From positions 606 through 64,605 of the forward strand of contig CAZCCK010000004.1 in the NCBI GenBank assembly GCA_964497265.1: a stretch of DNA of 64,000 bases, written 5' to 3'. A program made the translations under genes and the position numbers. Below the pieces are notes generated by a model. It ran no database searches and was not told where the DNA came from. It saw only the letters and a list, made by a program, of their open reading frames with translations. This DNA is from Candidatus Woesearchaeota archaeon. GTDB lineage: Archaea; Nanobdellota; Nanobdellia; SCGC-AAA011-G17; GW2011-AR18. Of this stretch, positions 19,507 to 29,551 are shown in pieces. Numbering within the stretch: the first letter of the stretch is position 1; each line of letters begins with the position of its first letter.

Positions 19507-19817
19507 GTGAACTCCACCTTTTTAGTGCGTATTCCGCCGCTTTGTTGTGTTGCTTTATTGCAGATTTTACAGGTATATCTTAGTGTTGTTTTTTTACTAA
19601 TTTTTGCTCCTGTTCTTTTGAATTTGCTAATGGCTGGTTTAGAACCCCATTTTCCTTTGTTTCCTGCGCCTCTACCCTGACCTCTCATCCTTGCGCGTGC
19701 AATTGAACCGTGGCTAAGGCTTCCTCTTTTACCTGCTGATTTATATTGATCGACTTTGTGTTCTGTAGTTTTATTACATTTAGGACAGTAACGTTTTTGA
19801 AGTTTTGGAACTTTCAT
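19503..19817 (-). CDS. rpl44e: 50S ribosomal protein L44e (eL42)
   Basis: YCPKCNKTTEHKV...RYTCKICNKA zinc ribbon. Lys/Arg/Gly-rich middle region typical of L44e. Confidence 0.8.
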   Translation of the reverse strand: MKVPKLQKRYCPKCNKTTEHKVDQYKSAGKRGSLSHGSIARARMRGQGRGAGNKGKWGSKPAISKFKRTGAKISKKTTLRYTCKICNKATQQSGGIRTKKVEFT

Positions 19818-19913
19818 AAGCCAGAGTGATAAGGGGATTATTTATATAGTTTTGGTTGAGGTTTAAGGTGGTTTTTTGTAAAGGAGGAACTACTTTTTTT
19901 CAGAGTTAAGGGT

Positions 19914-20537
19914 TTAGATTTCTTCTGCTCTATTGTTCTTGATAAGGATCTCGGATACTTTAACAGGAAGATTGGCAATATCTTCGCTCTCATAAGGACC
20001 GTAGGTATTCATGTCTTCTCCTACAAATTGAGGTACTGCTTGAATGAATCGTACGAGTTTATTCTTTAGAGCTTCTTGTGTTTGAACTCTTGCTTCTTTG
20101 TTTGGATGGATGATCTCTGGTGTTTTACCTTCAACTAGTCTGTCTTGAATTCCTGCTCGAAAAAGGTCGAGTTGTTCTACGATGTTTTCAAAAAGTTGTT
20201 TTTCTTCTTCCAAGAGCATGGAGCTGTCTTGAAGTTTACTTTTTGTTCTTGAGCAGAATAAGGCAAGTTGGACTATTTTACTTTCTCTTTTTTCATAGAG
20301 TTCTTTTAAGATTTTTTGAATGTTTTCTAGTTGTTTTCTTGTCTTTTCTATGTTTTGTTGGGCAAAGAGATTGTCTTTGCTTTCTTGGGAGTGAAGGATT
20401 GCTCTTTTTTCTTCTGAGTATTTTGCTACATTACTAAAGAAATTGTCCTCGAGTTTTTGGAGTTCTTTTTTGTATTTTTCTAAGCGTAAGATTTCAAATA
20501 AGGTTTCATAGGTGATAATCGCATCCTTCTCTGTCAT
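19914..20537 (-). CDS. Hypothetical helical protein (GINS-like? speculative)
   Basis: 207 aa, alpha-helical and charged. It sits immediately downstream of the L44e cluster. The weak resemblance to the Gins51 A-domain cannot be verified by eye. Confidence 0.3.
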   Translation of the reverse strand: MTEKDAIITYETLFEILRLEKYKKELQKLEDNFFSNVAKYSEEKRAILHSQESKDNLFAQQNIEKTRKQLENIQKILKELYEKRESKIVQLALFCSRTKSKLQDSSMLLEEEKQLFENIVEQLDLFRAGIQDRLVEGKTPEIIHPNKEARVQTQEALKNKLVRFIQAVPQFVGEDMNTYGPYESEDIANLPVKVSEILIKNNRAEEI

Positions 20538-20561
20538 AAAAAGGGAAAATTGCAGGGGGAT

Positions 20562-21809
20562 TTAAGGATTGCTAAATCCGAATTTAGTTAAGATGTCTTT
20601 TCCGTAGAGTTTTCCTAAGGATCCTTTTCGGCATTCATTCTCGGTAAATCTTTGGACGTTGTCTTTTTTTTCTTTTCCAATCCAGAGTAAAGGAACAGGA
20701 TCTAGGGTGTGTCCCTTATCTTCGCAAGGAGTGCTATGGTCTCCGGTAAGGATAAGTTCACAATCTAAAGTATTTAAAAAGCTGAAGAGGTCTTTGTCTA
20801 AGAGTTCTATCATCTGTTTCTTGTCTTTAGGTCTATTATCATGCCCGGGGATATCAGTTTCTTTGATGTGTAGGTAATAGCAATTGTATTTTGCTTCTTT
20901 GAGTGCTTTTTTACTGGATTGGATGGTTACTTTGAGGGTTTCATAGAGATGGCTATAGATATCGGTAGTGGTTATTTTTGGTATTGGTACATTGATAATT
21001 TTAAATCCTGCTAACTGCGCCAATCCTTTTTCTAAGGGCATTCCAACGACTGCTGCCCAGTCTTTTTTCTTTGGAAAAACAGGTAAGGAGGTTCCTGCGT
21101 CGCGAGGAAGGATAACGTTAGCGGGTAGTAAATAGTTTTTAGCTCTTTTAAGATTAACTGGATGATTTTTTAAAATTTCATAGCTTTGTGCTACAAATTC
21201 GTTGACAAGTTTTGCGCTTTTCTTTGTTTCTGGTTTTGGATCAAGAGGTTTGCAAAGGGCGATTTGGTCTTTCTCTCCTTTTCTTGCAACTCCAAAAGTG
21301 CCTTTTTTTTCATAGGCTGGGTCTACGTTGCTAATATTTGAAGAGAGATTTCCTTCAAAGAGGAGGATGCCTCGATGTTCTACTGTGGGAGTAAAGCTAA
21401 AGGGGGTGTCTAAGTTGATTTCTTTATTTATTGTTTTTGCAAGTTCTTCTGCTTCCTTTGTAGTAAGGGTTCTTCCAGCTCTTCTATCTAAGATTTTTTT
21501 ATCTTCTTTAAGCGTGGCGAAGTTGGTGCGTAAGGCAAGATTTCCTTCTTTGAAAGGAATATTTGCGCCGTAAGCTTCTAGAGGACCTCTGCCAGTATAG
21601 TAAACTGTAGGATCGTAGCCTAAGAGGGCTGTGACTGCGATGTCACTTTCTGGTGCGATGTCTTTTCCTACAGTATAGACATAGCCTGTATTGGCTTTTC
21701 TTGTTAGTTTATCTAAAAAAGGAGTTTCTGCAGCTTCCAAAGGGGTTTTTCCTCCTAAGGTTTTGCAAGGTTTATCACCGATTCCGTCCAAGACGAGCAG
21801 GATTTTCAT
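20562..21809 (-). CDS. apgM: 2,3-bisphosphoglycerate-independent phosphoglycerate mutase, archaeal type (ApgM)
   Basis: MKILLVLDGIGD...TPLEAA.TP.LD.L N-terminus. About 410 aa. C-terminal GDHSTP. Confidence 0.75.
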   Translation of the reverse strand: MKILLVLDGIGDKPCKTLGGKTPLEAAETPFLDKLTRKANTGYVYTVGKDIAPESDIAVTALLGYDPTVYYTGRGPLEAYGANIPFKEGNLALRTNFATLKEDKKILDRRAGRTLTTKEAEELAKTINKEINLDTPFSFTPTVEHRGILLFEGNLSSNISNVDPAYEKKGTFGVARKGEKDQIALCKPLDPKPETKKSAKLVNEFVAQSYEILKNHPVNLKRAKNYLLPANVILPRDAGTSLPVFPKKKDWAAVVGMPLEKGLAQLAGFKIINVPIPKITTTDIYSHLYETLKVTIQSSKKALKEAKYNCYYLHIKETDIPGHDNRPKDKKQMIELLDKDLFSFLNTLDCELILTGDHSTPCEDKGHTLDPVPLLWIGKEKKDNVQRFTENECRKGSLGKLYGKDILTKFGFSNP

Positions 21810-21847
21810 CAGATTATTTTAAGTAGCTTTGCTATATAAAAATTTGT

Positions 21848-22792
21848 ATGTTAATTAAGCGCAAGCCAGAAGATTTTATCGTAGAAGAAATAATTGAGTT
21901 AGATAAGAATCCTGGTGAATATCTGTATGTAATGGTGACAAAGAAGAATCTAAACACGTTAGATATTGTCAGGTTTTTTTGTTCAAAATTAAGAATGCCT
22001 AGGAAGGATATTGGGTATGCGGGAAGTAAGGATAAAAGGGCGATTACTACTCAATATTTTTCTTTATTTGGAAAGAAAGAAGAGGATCTAAGAGGGTTGG
22101 ATAATGAGAATGTAAAAATAAGCGTTGTTTCTTCCGGTTCAAAGCCAATTCATTTAGGTGGGTTATCGAAGAATCATTTTAAGATTAAAATTGAAGAATC
22201 TTTGAAACTAGTGGACTTTTCAGTGAATTATTTTGGAGAGCAACGTTTTAGCAAGAATAATAGTCAGATTGGGAAAGCGATTATTTTGAAAGAGTTTGAA
22301 AAAGCGTGTTTTTTGATAGATCATCCTGTAGTGAATGAGCATCTTAAAAAAGTAAAAACTGATTTTATCGGTGCTTTAAAGAAGTTAGATAAGAAATTAC
22401 TTTCTTTGTTTATTCATGCGTATCAGTCTTATTTGTGGAATGAAGTGGTAAAGATTTATTTGAAAGAATCTTTTAAAGATGCTTTTTCTTTTGAAGAGTA
22501 TGTTTTTGTAAAAGAAAGAAAGTCAGATATAAGTATTCCGTTAGTAGGATTTGATACTGTTTTCAAAAACGAGCTAATTGAAAAGATTTATGAAGAATTA
22601 TTAAAAAAAGAGAATATTGTTTTAAGAGATTTTGTAGTAAGGTCTTTTCCAGAATGTATGCCTATCTCTACGGAAAGGCAGGTATTTATTGATGTGGAAG
22701 GGGTAAAGCTAGAAGGGAGTTCTTTAGAGTTTACTTTGCCAAAGGGTTCTTATGCTACTGTGTTTTTGAAGCAGTTAGAAAGTTTTTTATAG
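21848..22792 (+). CDS. truD: tRNA pseudouridine synthase TruD/Pus7 family
   Basis: N-terminal KPEDFIVEEI and the catalytic motif GYAGSKDKRAITTQ (GxKD). Confidence 0.6.
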   Translation: MLIKRKPEDFIVEEIIELDKNPGEYLYVMVTKKNLNTLDIVRFFCSKLRMPRKDIGYAGSKDKRAITTQYFSLFGKKEEDLRGLDNENVKISVVSSGSKPIHLGGLSKNHFKIKIEESLKLVDFSVNYFGEQRFSKNNSQIGKAIILKEFEKACFLIDHPVVNEHLKKVKTDFIGALKKLDKKLLSLFIHAYQSYLWNEVVKIYLKESFKDAFSFEEYVFVKERKSDISIPLVGFDTVFKNELIEKIYEELLKKENIVLRDFVVRSFPECMPISTERQVFIDVEGVKLEGSSLEFTLPKGSYATVFLKQLESFL

Positions 22793-22813
22793 ACAATTCC
22801 TTAAAGAGGGGGT

Positions 22814-23779
22814 ATGATTCCTTCTCAAAAGAGTGTTGAGCGAAATATTAGCCATATAAGGCATCTTGTTGCTAAAAAGAATTTTGAGAAAGCGATAAAA
22901 TTTTATCGGGTCTTAGAGCAAGAGTTTAAGAATTTAGATCAAGAAAGTAAAAAGTTGTTTAGCAGAAGCGTGGATCTTGTTTCTAAGGAGTTAGAGTTGT
23001 ATTTGAGGATAAATGAGGCTTATTTTTTTGCTGAAGGTAAGGATTTGGAAAGATTAAAAGAAGAGAGTGAGAAAATTAAGAGTTTAGCCTTTGAGCTTTC
23101 TTCTCGACGAGAGAGTGCAGATGTAGATACTCTGCTTTCTTATACGGACCGGCATTATAAATTCTTTTTAGATGTGTATAATTATAGGATTGCTATTAAG
23201 GATTTTAATAAGATGTTTTTAGGAACAAAGAAGGCTTTTGAGGAGAAAGATTTTGATGTTGGTTTAAAAAGTTATGCCGAATTATTGATTGCGTATAACG
23301 CGTTAGTTGAAGTAGTGGATAGTGAGCAGAGAAGTCAGTTATATAAGAAAGTAAAGTCTCTTTTTGATGATGTTTCTATGCAAAGACTGATTCATTTTGC
23401 GACAGAAAAGCCTCAAAAAATACATTTAGAAGTTTCTTTTCCCAAGTTGCAGCCAGTTGTCAGAGAGTTAAAATTAGCTAGAAGCCTTCATTTTGATCCT
23501 CGTTTTGAGAAGATGCATGAGTTTTTAGATGAAGAGCGATTAAGTGATGCGATTGATGTTTACGAGGAGCTTACTAAAGAGAAGAAAGAAGTAAATGAGG
23601 ATTTTAAAGTAAGTAAATTCAGAAAGGTAAAGGTCCAGCCTATTTTTCGAAATATTGAAGTTCCGGAATACGGGGTTTTAGAGGGGGATTTTAGGCAGTT
23701 AAGAAAACTCATTAAAGAAGAGAAAGTAAGTCAAGCCAAAAAGGCATATCATCACGTGTTTAAAGAGCGTTTAAAGTAG
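22814..23779 (+). CDS. Hypothetical coiled-coil protein
   Basis: ORF only. Confidence 0.35.
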   Translation: MIPSQKSVERNISHIRHLVAKKNFEKAIKFYRVLEQEFKNLDQESKKLFSRSVDLVSKELELYLRINEAYFFAEGKDLERLKEESEKIKSLAFELSSRRESADVDTLLSYTDRHYKFFLDVYNYRIAIKDFNKMFLGTKKAFEEKDFDVGLKSYAELLIAYNALVEVVDSEQRSQLYKKVKSLFDDVSMQRLIHFATEKPQKIHLEVSFPKLQPVVRELKLARSLHFDPRFEKMHEFLDEERLSDAIDVYEELTKEKKEVNEDFKVSKFRKVKVQPIFRNIEVPEYGVLEGDFRQLRKLIKEEKVSQAKKAYHHVFKERLK

Positions 23780-23813
23780 GAATCTTTTTAAAGATTCTTT
23801 AATTAAGTTTGCT

Positions 23814-25358
23814 ATGTTTAAGTTTTTAAAAGACAAAGTAAAGTCTGTAATTAGTTCTATCTCTAAAAAGATTGAAGAATCTCCTCAAGAGCTTGAAGAG
23901 CCTAAGAAGCAAAGTAAAATTTTAGAAGAAATTAAGCAAGAAATTAGACCTGAAGAAGTTCCAGAGCCGCATGAGGAGTTTAAAGAAAAGAAGGTTGAAG
24001 AAAGTAAAAAGCCTCATAAAGAAGAAGTTGTTGAACCAATTAAAGAGAAGGTTCGGGAAGGGGATGTTTCTATTGAGAAGAGTTTGATTGAGCGGTTGAC
24101 TAAAAGGATACAAAAGCTTTCTGAAGGCCAGATCGATATTTTATTTGAGAGAATAGGGTGGATTGATGCGGATAAAGGGGAGAATAAAGCGCTACCTTAT
24201 TCGCGATTGAAAGAAATAAGGGCTAATTATAAGAAAGCTTACAACTTTTTAGAAACGGTTTTACAAAAAAGTGATCTTGCTGAAGTGCAGAGTGTTTTAG
24301 AGTCTCTTGAAAAAGCAGGTCAAGAAAAACCTTCTGAAATTCAGTCAAAAGAAAAAATAATTGAAGGTAAACTGGATGAGCAAGTCCCTGTTGAAGCGCA
24401 GAAAAAAGGATTTTTTTCTAAAATTAAAGAAAAAATTGCTAAAAAAGAAGAGCCTTTAGAAATTAAAGCGGTCCCTAAAGAAGAAAAAGGTTTTTTAGGA
24501 AAGATTACAGAGAAGATCACAACAAAGAAGATTTCTCAGAGTGAGTTTGAAGAATTATTTTGGGATTTAGAATTAGCTTTATTGGAGAGTAATGTCGCTT
24601 TGGAAGTTGTTGAAAAAATTAAGCTAGATTTAAAAGAGAAATTGGTTGATCAGCCTTTGAAGCGTTCGCTTGTTTCAGAAAGTATTGAAAGTGCATTAAA
24701 AGAGAGTATTCGAAGTTTATTTGAAGTAAAGCCTTTTGATTTAAAAGAGAAGATTAAAACTAAAAAGCCGTTTGTTATTTGTTTAGTGGGAATTAATGGT
24801 TCTGGGAAAACGACAACAACTGCAAAGTTAGCGTATTATTTAAAGAAGAATAAGTTTTCCTGTGTATTGGCTGCAGCAGATACGTTTAGGGCAGCGGCAA
24901 TCTCGCAATTAAAAGAATGGGGGAATGAGTTAAACGTGAAGGTTATTGCGCATGAGTATGGTTCTGATCCTGCCGCTGTAGCTTTTGACGGAATTAAACA
25001 TGCAGAGGCGCATAATGTGGATGTTGTTTTGATTGATACTGCTGGTCGTTTGCATTCAAATAAGGATTTGGTGAGAGAGATGGAGAAAATTGTCAGGATT
25101 GCTAAGCCAGATTTGAAGATTTTTATTGGTGAGAGTATTACTGGCAATGATTGTGTTACTCAAGCTAAAGAATTTAATGATTCTATTGGTATTGATGGTA
25201 TTATTTTGGCGAAAGCTGATGTTGATGAGAAAGGCGGAGCAGCGATTTCTGTTTCATATGTTACGAAAAAGCCGATTTTGTATCTGGGTGTTGGTCAGAA
25301 AGCTTCGGATTTGGAAGAGTTTAACGTAGATCAATTGATGGAAAAGCTAGGGTTATGA
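23814..25358 (+). CDS. ftsY: Signal recognition particle receptor FtsY (long acidic/Lys-rich N-domain plus NG domain)
   Basis: GINGSGKTTTTAKLA, DTAGR and TKADVDEKGG (GTPase G1-G4/G5). VLAAADTFRAAAISQL. Confidence 0.85.
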   Translation: MFKFLKDKVKSVISSISKKIEESPQELEEPKKQSKILEEIKQEIRPEEVPEPHEEFKEKKVEESKKPHKEEVVEPIKEKVREGDVSIEKSLIERLTKRIQKLSEGQIDILFERIGWIDADKGENKALPYSRLKEIRANYKKAYNFLETVLQKSDLAEVQSVLESLEKAGQEKPSEIQSKEKIIEGKLDEQVPVEAQKKGFFSKIKEKIAKKEEPLEIKAVPKEEKGFLGKITEKITTKKISQSEFEELFWDLELALLESNVALEVVEKIKLDLKEKLVDQPLKRSLVSESIESALKESIRSLFEVKPFDLKEKIKTKKPFVICLVGINGSGKTTTTAKLAYYLKKNKFSCVLAAADTFRAAAISQLKEWGNELNVKVIAHEYGSDPAAVAFDGIKHAEAHNVDVVLIDTAGRLHSNKDLVREMEKIVRIAKPDLKIFIGESITGNDCVTQAKEFNDSIGIDGIILAKADVDEKGGAAISVSYVTKKPILYLGVGQKASDLEEFNVDQLMEKLGL

Positions 25359-26005
25359 TTGAGTCTTTAGTTGGAGTTTGTTTTTTTGGGCTTATTTGGT
25401 TTATTTTGTTTTTCTTTAAAAGAAGTTTAAGAAAAGAAATGATCGTAATGAGTCTGTTTGCAGCGTTGTTAGGCCCTTTATCCGAATTTTTTTATGTTCG
25501 TGATTATTGGCGTCCAACGTATATTTTTTCTTTTTTAGGGGTGGGTGTTGAAGATGTTTTATTTGCTTTTTTTATCGGAGGAATTGCTGCGATAAGTTGT
25601 GAACTCTTTTGGGATAGGTCTGCGAAGAAAGAAAAGAGAGAATCAAAATGGGTGATTTTGTTAGGCGTAATTGGTCTAGTAATTTTAATGATATTAAATT
25701 TTGTCTTGAAAATAAATTCGATTTATGCTTCTTCTTTAGCTCTTTTAGGTGTAGGGGGTATTGTTTTGTTAAAAAGAAGAGATCTTGTAAAAAACGCGCT
25801 AATAAGTGGAATTGTAGTTTTACTTGTGATGTTTTTATTTTATCTTTGTTTCATTTCAATCTTCCCCAAGATTATTCAAGAGTGGTGGTTATTAGATAAT
25901 ATCAGTGGTATTCTTGTCTTTGGAATGCCTATAGAAGAATTGTTGTGGGGCTTCTCGTGGGGTTTTATGTATAGTCCTTTCTATAAATTTTGGAAGGGAT
26001 TGTAG
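25355..26005 (+). CDS. Polytopic membrane protein of unknown function between ftsY and srp54
   Basis: At least 5 hydrophobic helices. The start overlaps the ftsY stop. Confidence 0.45.
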   Translation: MIESLVGVCFFGLIWFILFFFKRSLRKEMIVMSLFAALLGPLSEFFYVRDYWRPTYIFSFLGVGVEDVLFAFFIGGIAAISCELFWDRSAKKEKRESKWVILLGVIGLVILMILNFVLKINSIYASSLALLGVGGIVLLKRRDLVKNALISGIVVLLVMFLFYLCFISIFPKIIQEWWLLDNISGILVFGMPIEELLWGFSWGFMYSPFYKFWKGL

Positions 26006-26043
26006 GAAAAGGATTATAAAGATTGTTCTGATGGATTTAGTGT

Positions 26044-27381
26044 ATGGTTTTAGAGAAACTAAGTGAGTCGTTGAAAGGAACTTTGAGTAAGATAGCTCGT
26101 TCTATGTTTGTTGATGAAAAGCTAATTGGTGAGTTAGTGAAAGACATTCAAAGAGCTTTATTACAGGCAGATGTAAATGTAAAGTTGGTTTTTCAATTAT
26201 CTAAAGATATTAAAGAGCGAGCGTTAAAAGAAAAAACTCCGCAGGGGCTAACTCAGAAAGAATATTTGGTAAAAATTGTGTATGAGGAGTTAGTAAAATT
26301 TTTAGGTGGTGAAGGAAGAAAGATAGAGGTTACAAAGAAACCCTTTAAGATTATGTTAGTGGGTCTCTATGGTTCTGGAAAAACCACGACATCGGGGAAG
26401 ATAGCAAAATATTTTCAGAAGAGAGGGTTTAAGGTTGCTTTGATTGGTACTGATATTTGGCGCCCAGCAGCTTTAGATCAGTTAAAAATGTTGGGTAAGC
26501 AGATAAACATTCCTGTTTTTGGTTTGGAAAAAGAAAAAAACCCGATTAAAATTTATGAGACTTTTGAAAAAGAATTAAATGAGTTTGATGTTATTATTAT
26601 TGATACTGCTGGAAGAGATGCTTTATCTGATGAACTAATAAAAGAGATAGAGGCTTTAAATAAAAAAGTAAATGCTGATGAAAGGTTTTTAGTAATTTCT
26701 GCGGATATTGGTCAGGCTGCACAAAAGCAAGCAGAACAGTTTCATACGTCGTGTCATATTACTGGTGTGATTGCGACAAAGATGGAAGGTACTGCTAAAG
26801 CGGGTGGTGCGTTGACTGCCTGCGCTGCTGCTCAGGCGCCGATGATTTTTATTGGTGTTGGTGAGAAAGTTGATGATCTTGAGCCTTTTAGTCCAAAAGG
26901 TTTTGTTTCTCGCTTATTGGGGATGGGAGATATTGAGTTATTGCTTGAGAAAGCAAAAGAAGTGATGAGTGAAGAGTCAGCGGAGGATATGAGTAAGAAA
27001 TTTCTGAAAGGTGAGTTTAATTTTATTGATTTATATGAGCAGATGGAGTCTATGAGTAAAATGGGTCCTTTAAGTAAGCTTACTGAGCTCATTCCTGGTT
27101 TTGGGAATTTTAAGATTCCAAAAGAGATGGTTGAGGTTCAGCAAGAAAAACTCAAGAAATGGAAGTACATGTTGCAGTCGATGACTAAAGCAGAGCTTGA
27201 AGATCCCGAGATTTTAGATTCAGATAGGATTGAGAGAATCGCGAAGGGTTCTGGTGTTTCTGTAGGTGAAGTTAGAGAGTTATTAAAGCAGTATAGGCAG
27301 AGTAAAAAGATGATGAAGTTGATGAAAGGTCAAGATCCTGAAAAGTTGATGAAGAAGTTACAAGGTAAAGGTTTAAAATAA
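26044..27381 (+). CDS. srp54: Signal recognition particle protein SRP54
   Basis: GLYGSGKTTTSGKIA, DTAGR and TKMEGTAKAGGAL, plus a Met-rich M-domain at the C-terminus (MMKLMKG). Confidence 0.85.
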   Translation: MVLEKLSESLKGTLSKIARSMFVDEKLIGELVKDIQRALLQADVNVKLVFQLSKDIKERALKEKTPQGLTQKEYLVKIVYEELVKFLGGEGRKIEVTKKPFKIMLVGLYGSGKTTTSGKIAKYFQKRGFKVALIGTDIWRPAALDQLKMLGKQINIPVFGLEKEKNPIKIYETFEKELNEFDVIIIDTAGRDALSDELIKEIEALNKKVNADERFLVISADIGQAAQKQAEQFHTSCHITGVIATKMEGTAKAGGALTACAAAQAPMIFIGVGEKVDDLEPFSPKGFVSRLLGMGDIELLLEKAKEVMSEESAEDMSKKFLKGEFNFIDLYEQMESMSKMGPLSKLTELIPGFGNFKIPKEMVEVQQEKLKKWKYMLQSMTKAELEDPEILDSDRIERIAKGSGVSVGEVRELLKQYRQSKKMMKLMKGQDPEKLMKKLQGKGLK

Positions 27382-29250
27382 GATTTGTAAAAAAGAAGAG
27401 GGGTAGAGTTGTTTCCATTCGTTTGCCTGCGAATAGGTTAAAGTAAGATGATCTTTTGCTCTGGAGAGTGCAACGTAGAAGAGACGAAGCTCGCTATCTC
27501 TTTCTAGCGTAGAAAGTTCTTCTCGATAGTAAGGTAGGATTCCTTCATTGCAAGAAATTAAGTACACGTGTTCCCATTCCAATCCTTTTGCGCTATGGAT
27601 AGTACTCAAAGTAATTTTATCCTTGTCTTTTTCTCTTTTTTCTAAATCGAGTAAGCTGTCTAAGAATTCTTGTATTCCTGGTTGTGAGAAGGAGTAGCCT
27701 TCGAAGAGTTCAGTTAAAACGTTAAGATTTTGGATTTTTTCTTTTGCTTTGGGAGGATCATTTTTGTACTTTCTGTTGATTTGTTCAGCATAATGGAATA
27801 GTCCAAAGAAGAGGGGGATTGGATTGTCTTTTGTGTTATCTAAGACTTTTTTGAGACTAGCTAGTTTATCTTTAGCGTTCGTACTTAACCCTAATTCCTT
27901 GCTATAAATAATTTCTAAGGGTGCAAGATCATATTTTCGCGCATATTCTTGAATATTTTTAATAGTCACTTGTCCTAATCCTTCAAGTAAGAGAGCTACG
28001 CGTTCAAAGTCGGGAAAAGAAGAAGGATTTACTTTAAGCTTTAAAAAAGAGAGGAGATCTTTGATTTCTTCGCGTTCAAAGAAGTTTCTTCCTTTTGCTA
28101 AATGACACGGAATTTTGTTTTTTAAGAATTCTCTTTCCAAGGTTTTTCCAATAGCATTTGTTCTAAAGAGTAAAGCGATTTTTTCTTTTTCTACATTTTT
28201 AGAAAGGAGGGTTTTGACTTCTTGGATAAGATAGTTTATTTCCTCTTCATTGGTATAGAAAGATTCGAGGTTGATCTCTTTTCCTTTTTCTCGAGTGCAA
28301 ATCAATTCTTTTTCGATTTTTGATTTCATTGCTTTTATTGTTTTGTTTACTCCTTCTATAATCTGTTTTGTAGAGCGATAATTTTCTTTTAAGAGGATGG
28401 TGTTGTAGTGTTCATTGAATTTAAAAACTAAATCATTTGATGAGCCGCGCCATTCGTAGATGTTCTGGCAGTCATCTCCTATTAAACAGAGATTGTCTCT
28501 TTGTAAAAGATTAAGTATGCTCATTTGAACGTAATTAAGGTCTTGCGCTTCGTCTACCATAATAATTTTGAATTTGTCAGAGTAATATTGTTTTATTTCA
28601 GAATTATTTTGAAAGAGTTTGTAAGTCAAGAGTAAAATATCATCCAGGTCTAAAAGGTTATTTTTTTGTAAATGTTTCGCGTATTGGGTGTAAAGCAGAG
28701 GGATAAGATTTTTGAGCTCAGCGTCAATGTAAAGAATGGTGTCGTCGATAAGAAGTTCTTTAACTCCCGTTTGATCTTCAGTTTTAAGTTTAGGATCTAA
28801 TGATTCTGGTAAAATTCCCCGGTTTTTGAATTTAGTGATGCTCGTAAGGAGGTAATGAACGTTATCTGCTTTAGAATCAAGAGAGTGCTCTTTTAAAAGA
28901 TTTTTTGCTATTTTTGTTTTGTCTTCTTCGTCAATGAGTGTAAAATTTTCTTTATATCCTAAAAGAGAAGCGTGTTGTCTAAGTATCTTTAAAAACAAAG
29001 AGTGCATAGTTCCGATATAAGGAGAGACTTTGTCTGTTTTGTTTTTGATTTTCAAAATCATGTCTTTAGCCGCCTTATTGGTAAAGGTGGTCATCATAAT
29101 TTCATTGGCAGAGTAATTGTGATTTGTAACAAGGTTGAGATAGCGTTCAACAATGGTTGTGGTTTTCCCTGTTCCTGCGCTTGCGAGAATGAGCAAGTTG
29201 CCATTGAGGGTGTTAACTGCTTTTTGTTGTGCTTGGTTAAGTAAAGTCAT
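27373..29250 (-). CDS. UvrD/PcrA-like superfamily-1 DNA helicase
   Basis: Walker A ILASAGTGKTTTIVER. DEAQD motif (MVDEAQDLN). YRST. C-terminal SF1 motifs VI (LFYVALSRAK). Confidence 0.75.
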   Translation of the reverse strand: MTLLNQAQQKAVNTLNGNLLILASAGTGKTTTIVERYLNLVTNHNYSANEIMMTTFTNKAAKDMILKIKNKTDKVSPYIGTMHSLFLKILRQHASLLGYKENFTLIDEEDKTKIAKNLLKEHSLDSKADNVHYLLTSITKFKNRGILPESLDPKLKTEDQTGVKELLIDDTILYIDAELKNLIPLLYTQYAKHLQKNNLLDLDDILLLTYKLFQNNSEIKQYYSDKFKIIMVDEAQDLNYVQMSILNLLQRDNLCLIGDDCQNIYEWRGSSNDLVFKFNEHYNTILLKENYRSTKQIIEGVNKTIKAMKSKIEKELICTREKGKEINLESFYTNEEEINYLIQEVKTLLSKNVEKEKIALLFRTNAIGKTLEREFLKNKIPCHLAKGRNFFEREEIKDLLSFLKLKVNPSSFPDFERVALLLEGLGQVTIKNIQEYARKYDLAPLEIIYSKELGLSTNAKDKLASLKKVLDNTKDNPIPLFFGLFHYAEQINRKYKNDPPKAKEKIQNLNVLTELFEGYSFSQPGIQEFLDSLLDLEKREKDKDKITLSTIHSAKGLEWEHVYLISCNEGILPYYREELSTLERDSELRLFYVALSRAKDHLTLTYSQANEWKQLYPSSFLQILF

Positions 29251-29504
29251 TGTTTTAATGCTTCTTCTAAAGTTTTGTTAGGTTTGAAGATTCCAGGATC
29301 AGGGCCAATGCGCTTTTTATCTATTTTTCTGCTTTTAATGAGAAGGGAAAGGAGATTATCACATTCCTCTTGATCTTTAAATTTAAGTGAGTTATTGTTT
29401 ATTGCTAAATAAAAGAAGTCTCGGTTATCAAAGTGGCTGGAAGATCGATCTAGCTCGGAGAGAATAAGTTGTTCTTGTTTCTTCTTTTTTATTCTTTTGT
29501 TCAT
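29247..29504 (-). CDS. Small basic protein translationally coupled upstream of the UvrD-like helicase
   Basis: 85-aa ORF. Its stop overlaps the helicase start. Confidence 0.3.
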   Translation of the reverse strand: MNKRIKKKKQEQLILSELDRSSSHFDNRDFFYLAINNNSLKFKDQEECDNLLSLLIKSRKIDKKRIGPDPGIFKPNKTLEEALKQ

Positions 29505-29551
29505 AATTCAAGAAAGATCAGTAAATTTATTAACTTTCTTTTCATAAGTTC

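Noticed and set aside
19914-20537. Assignment of the 207-aa protein as a GINS (Gins51) subunit
   Set aside because: The evidence is only a general helical character and the genomic context. No diagnostic motif could be verified by eye, so it is kept as hypothetical.
25126-25329. Small internal plus-strand ORFs and the many 60-100-aa antisense ORFs within large genes (for example 4727..4915, 5387..5617, 20120..20437, 24836..25147, 42391..42666)
   Set aside because: They are fully nested in well-supported genes on the other strand or frame, have atypical composition and have no start context.
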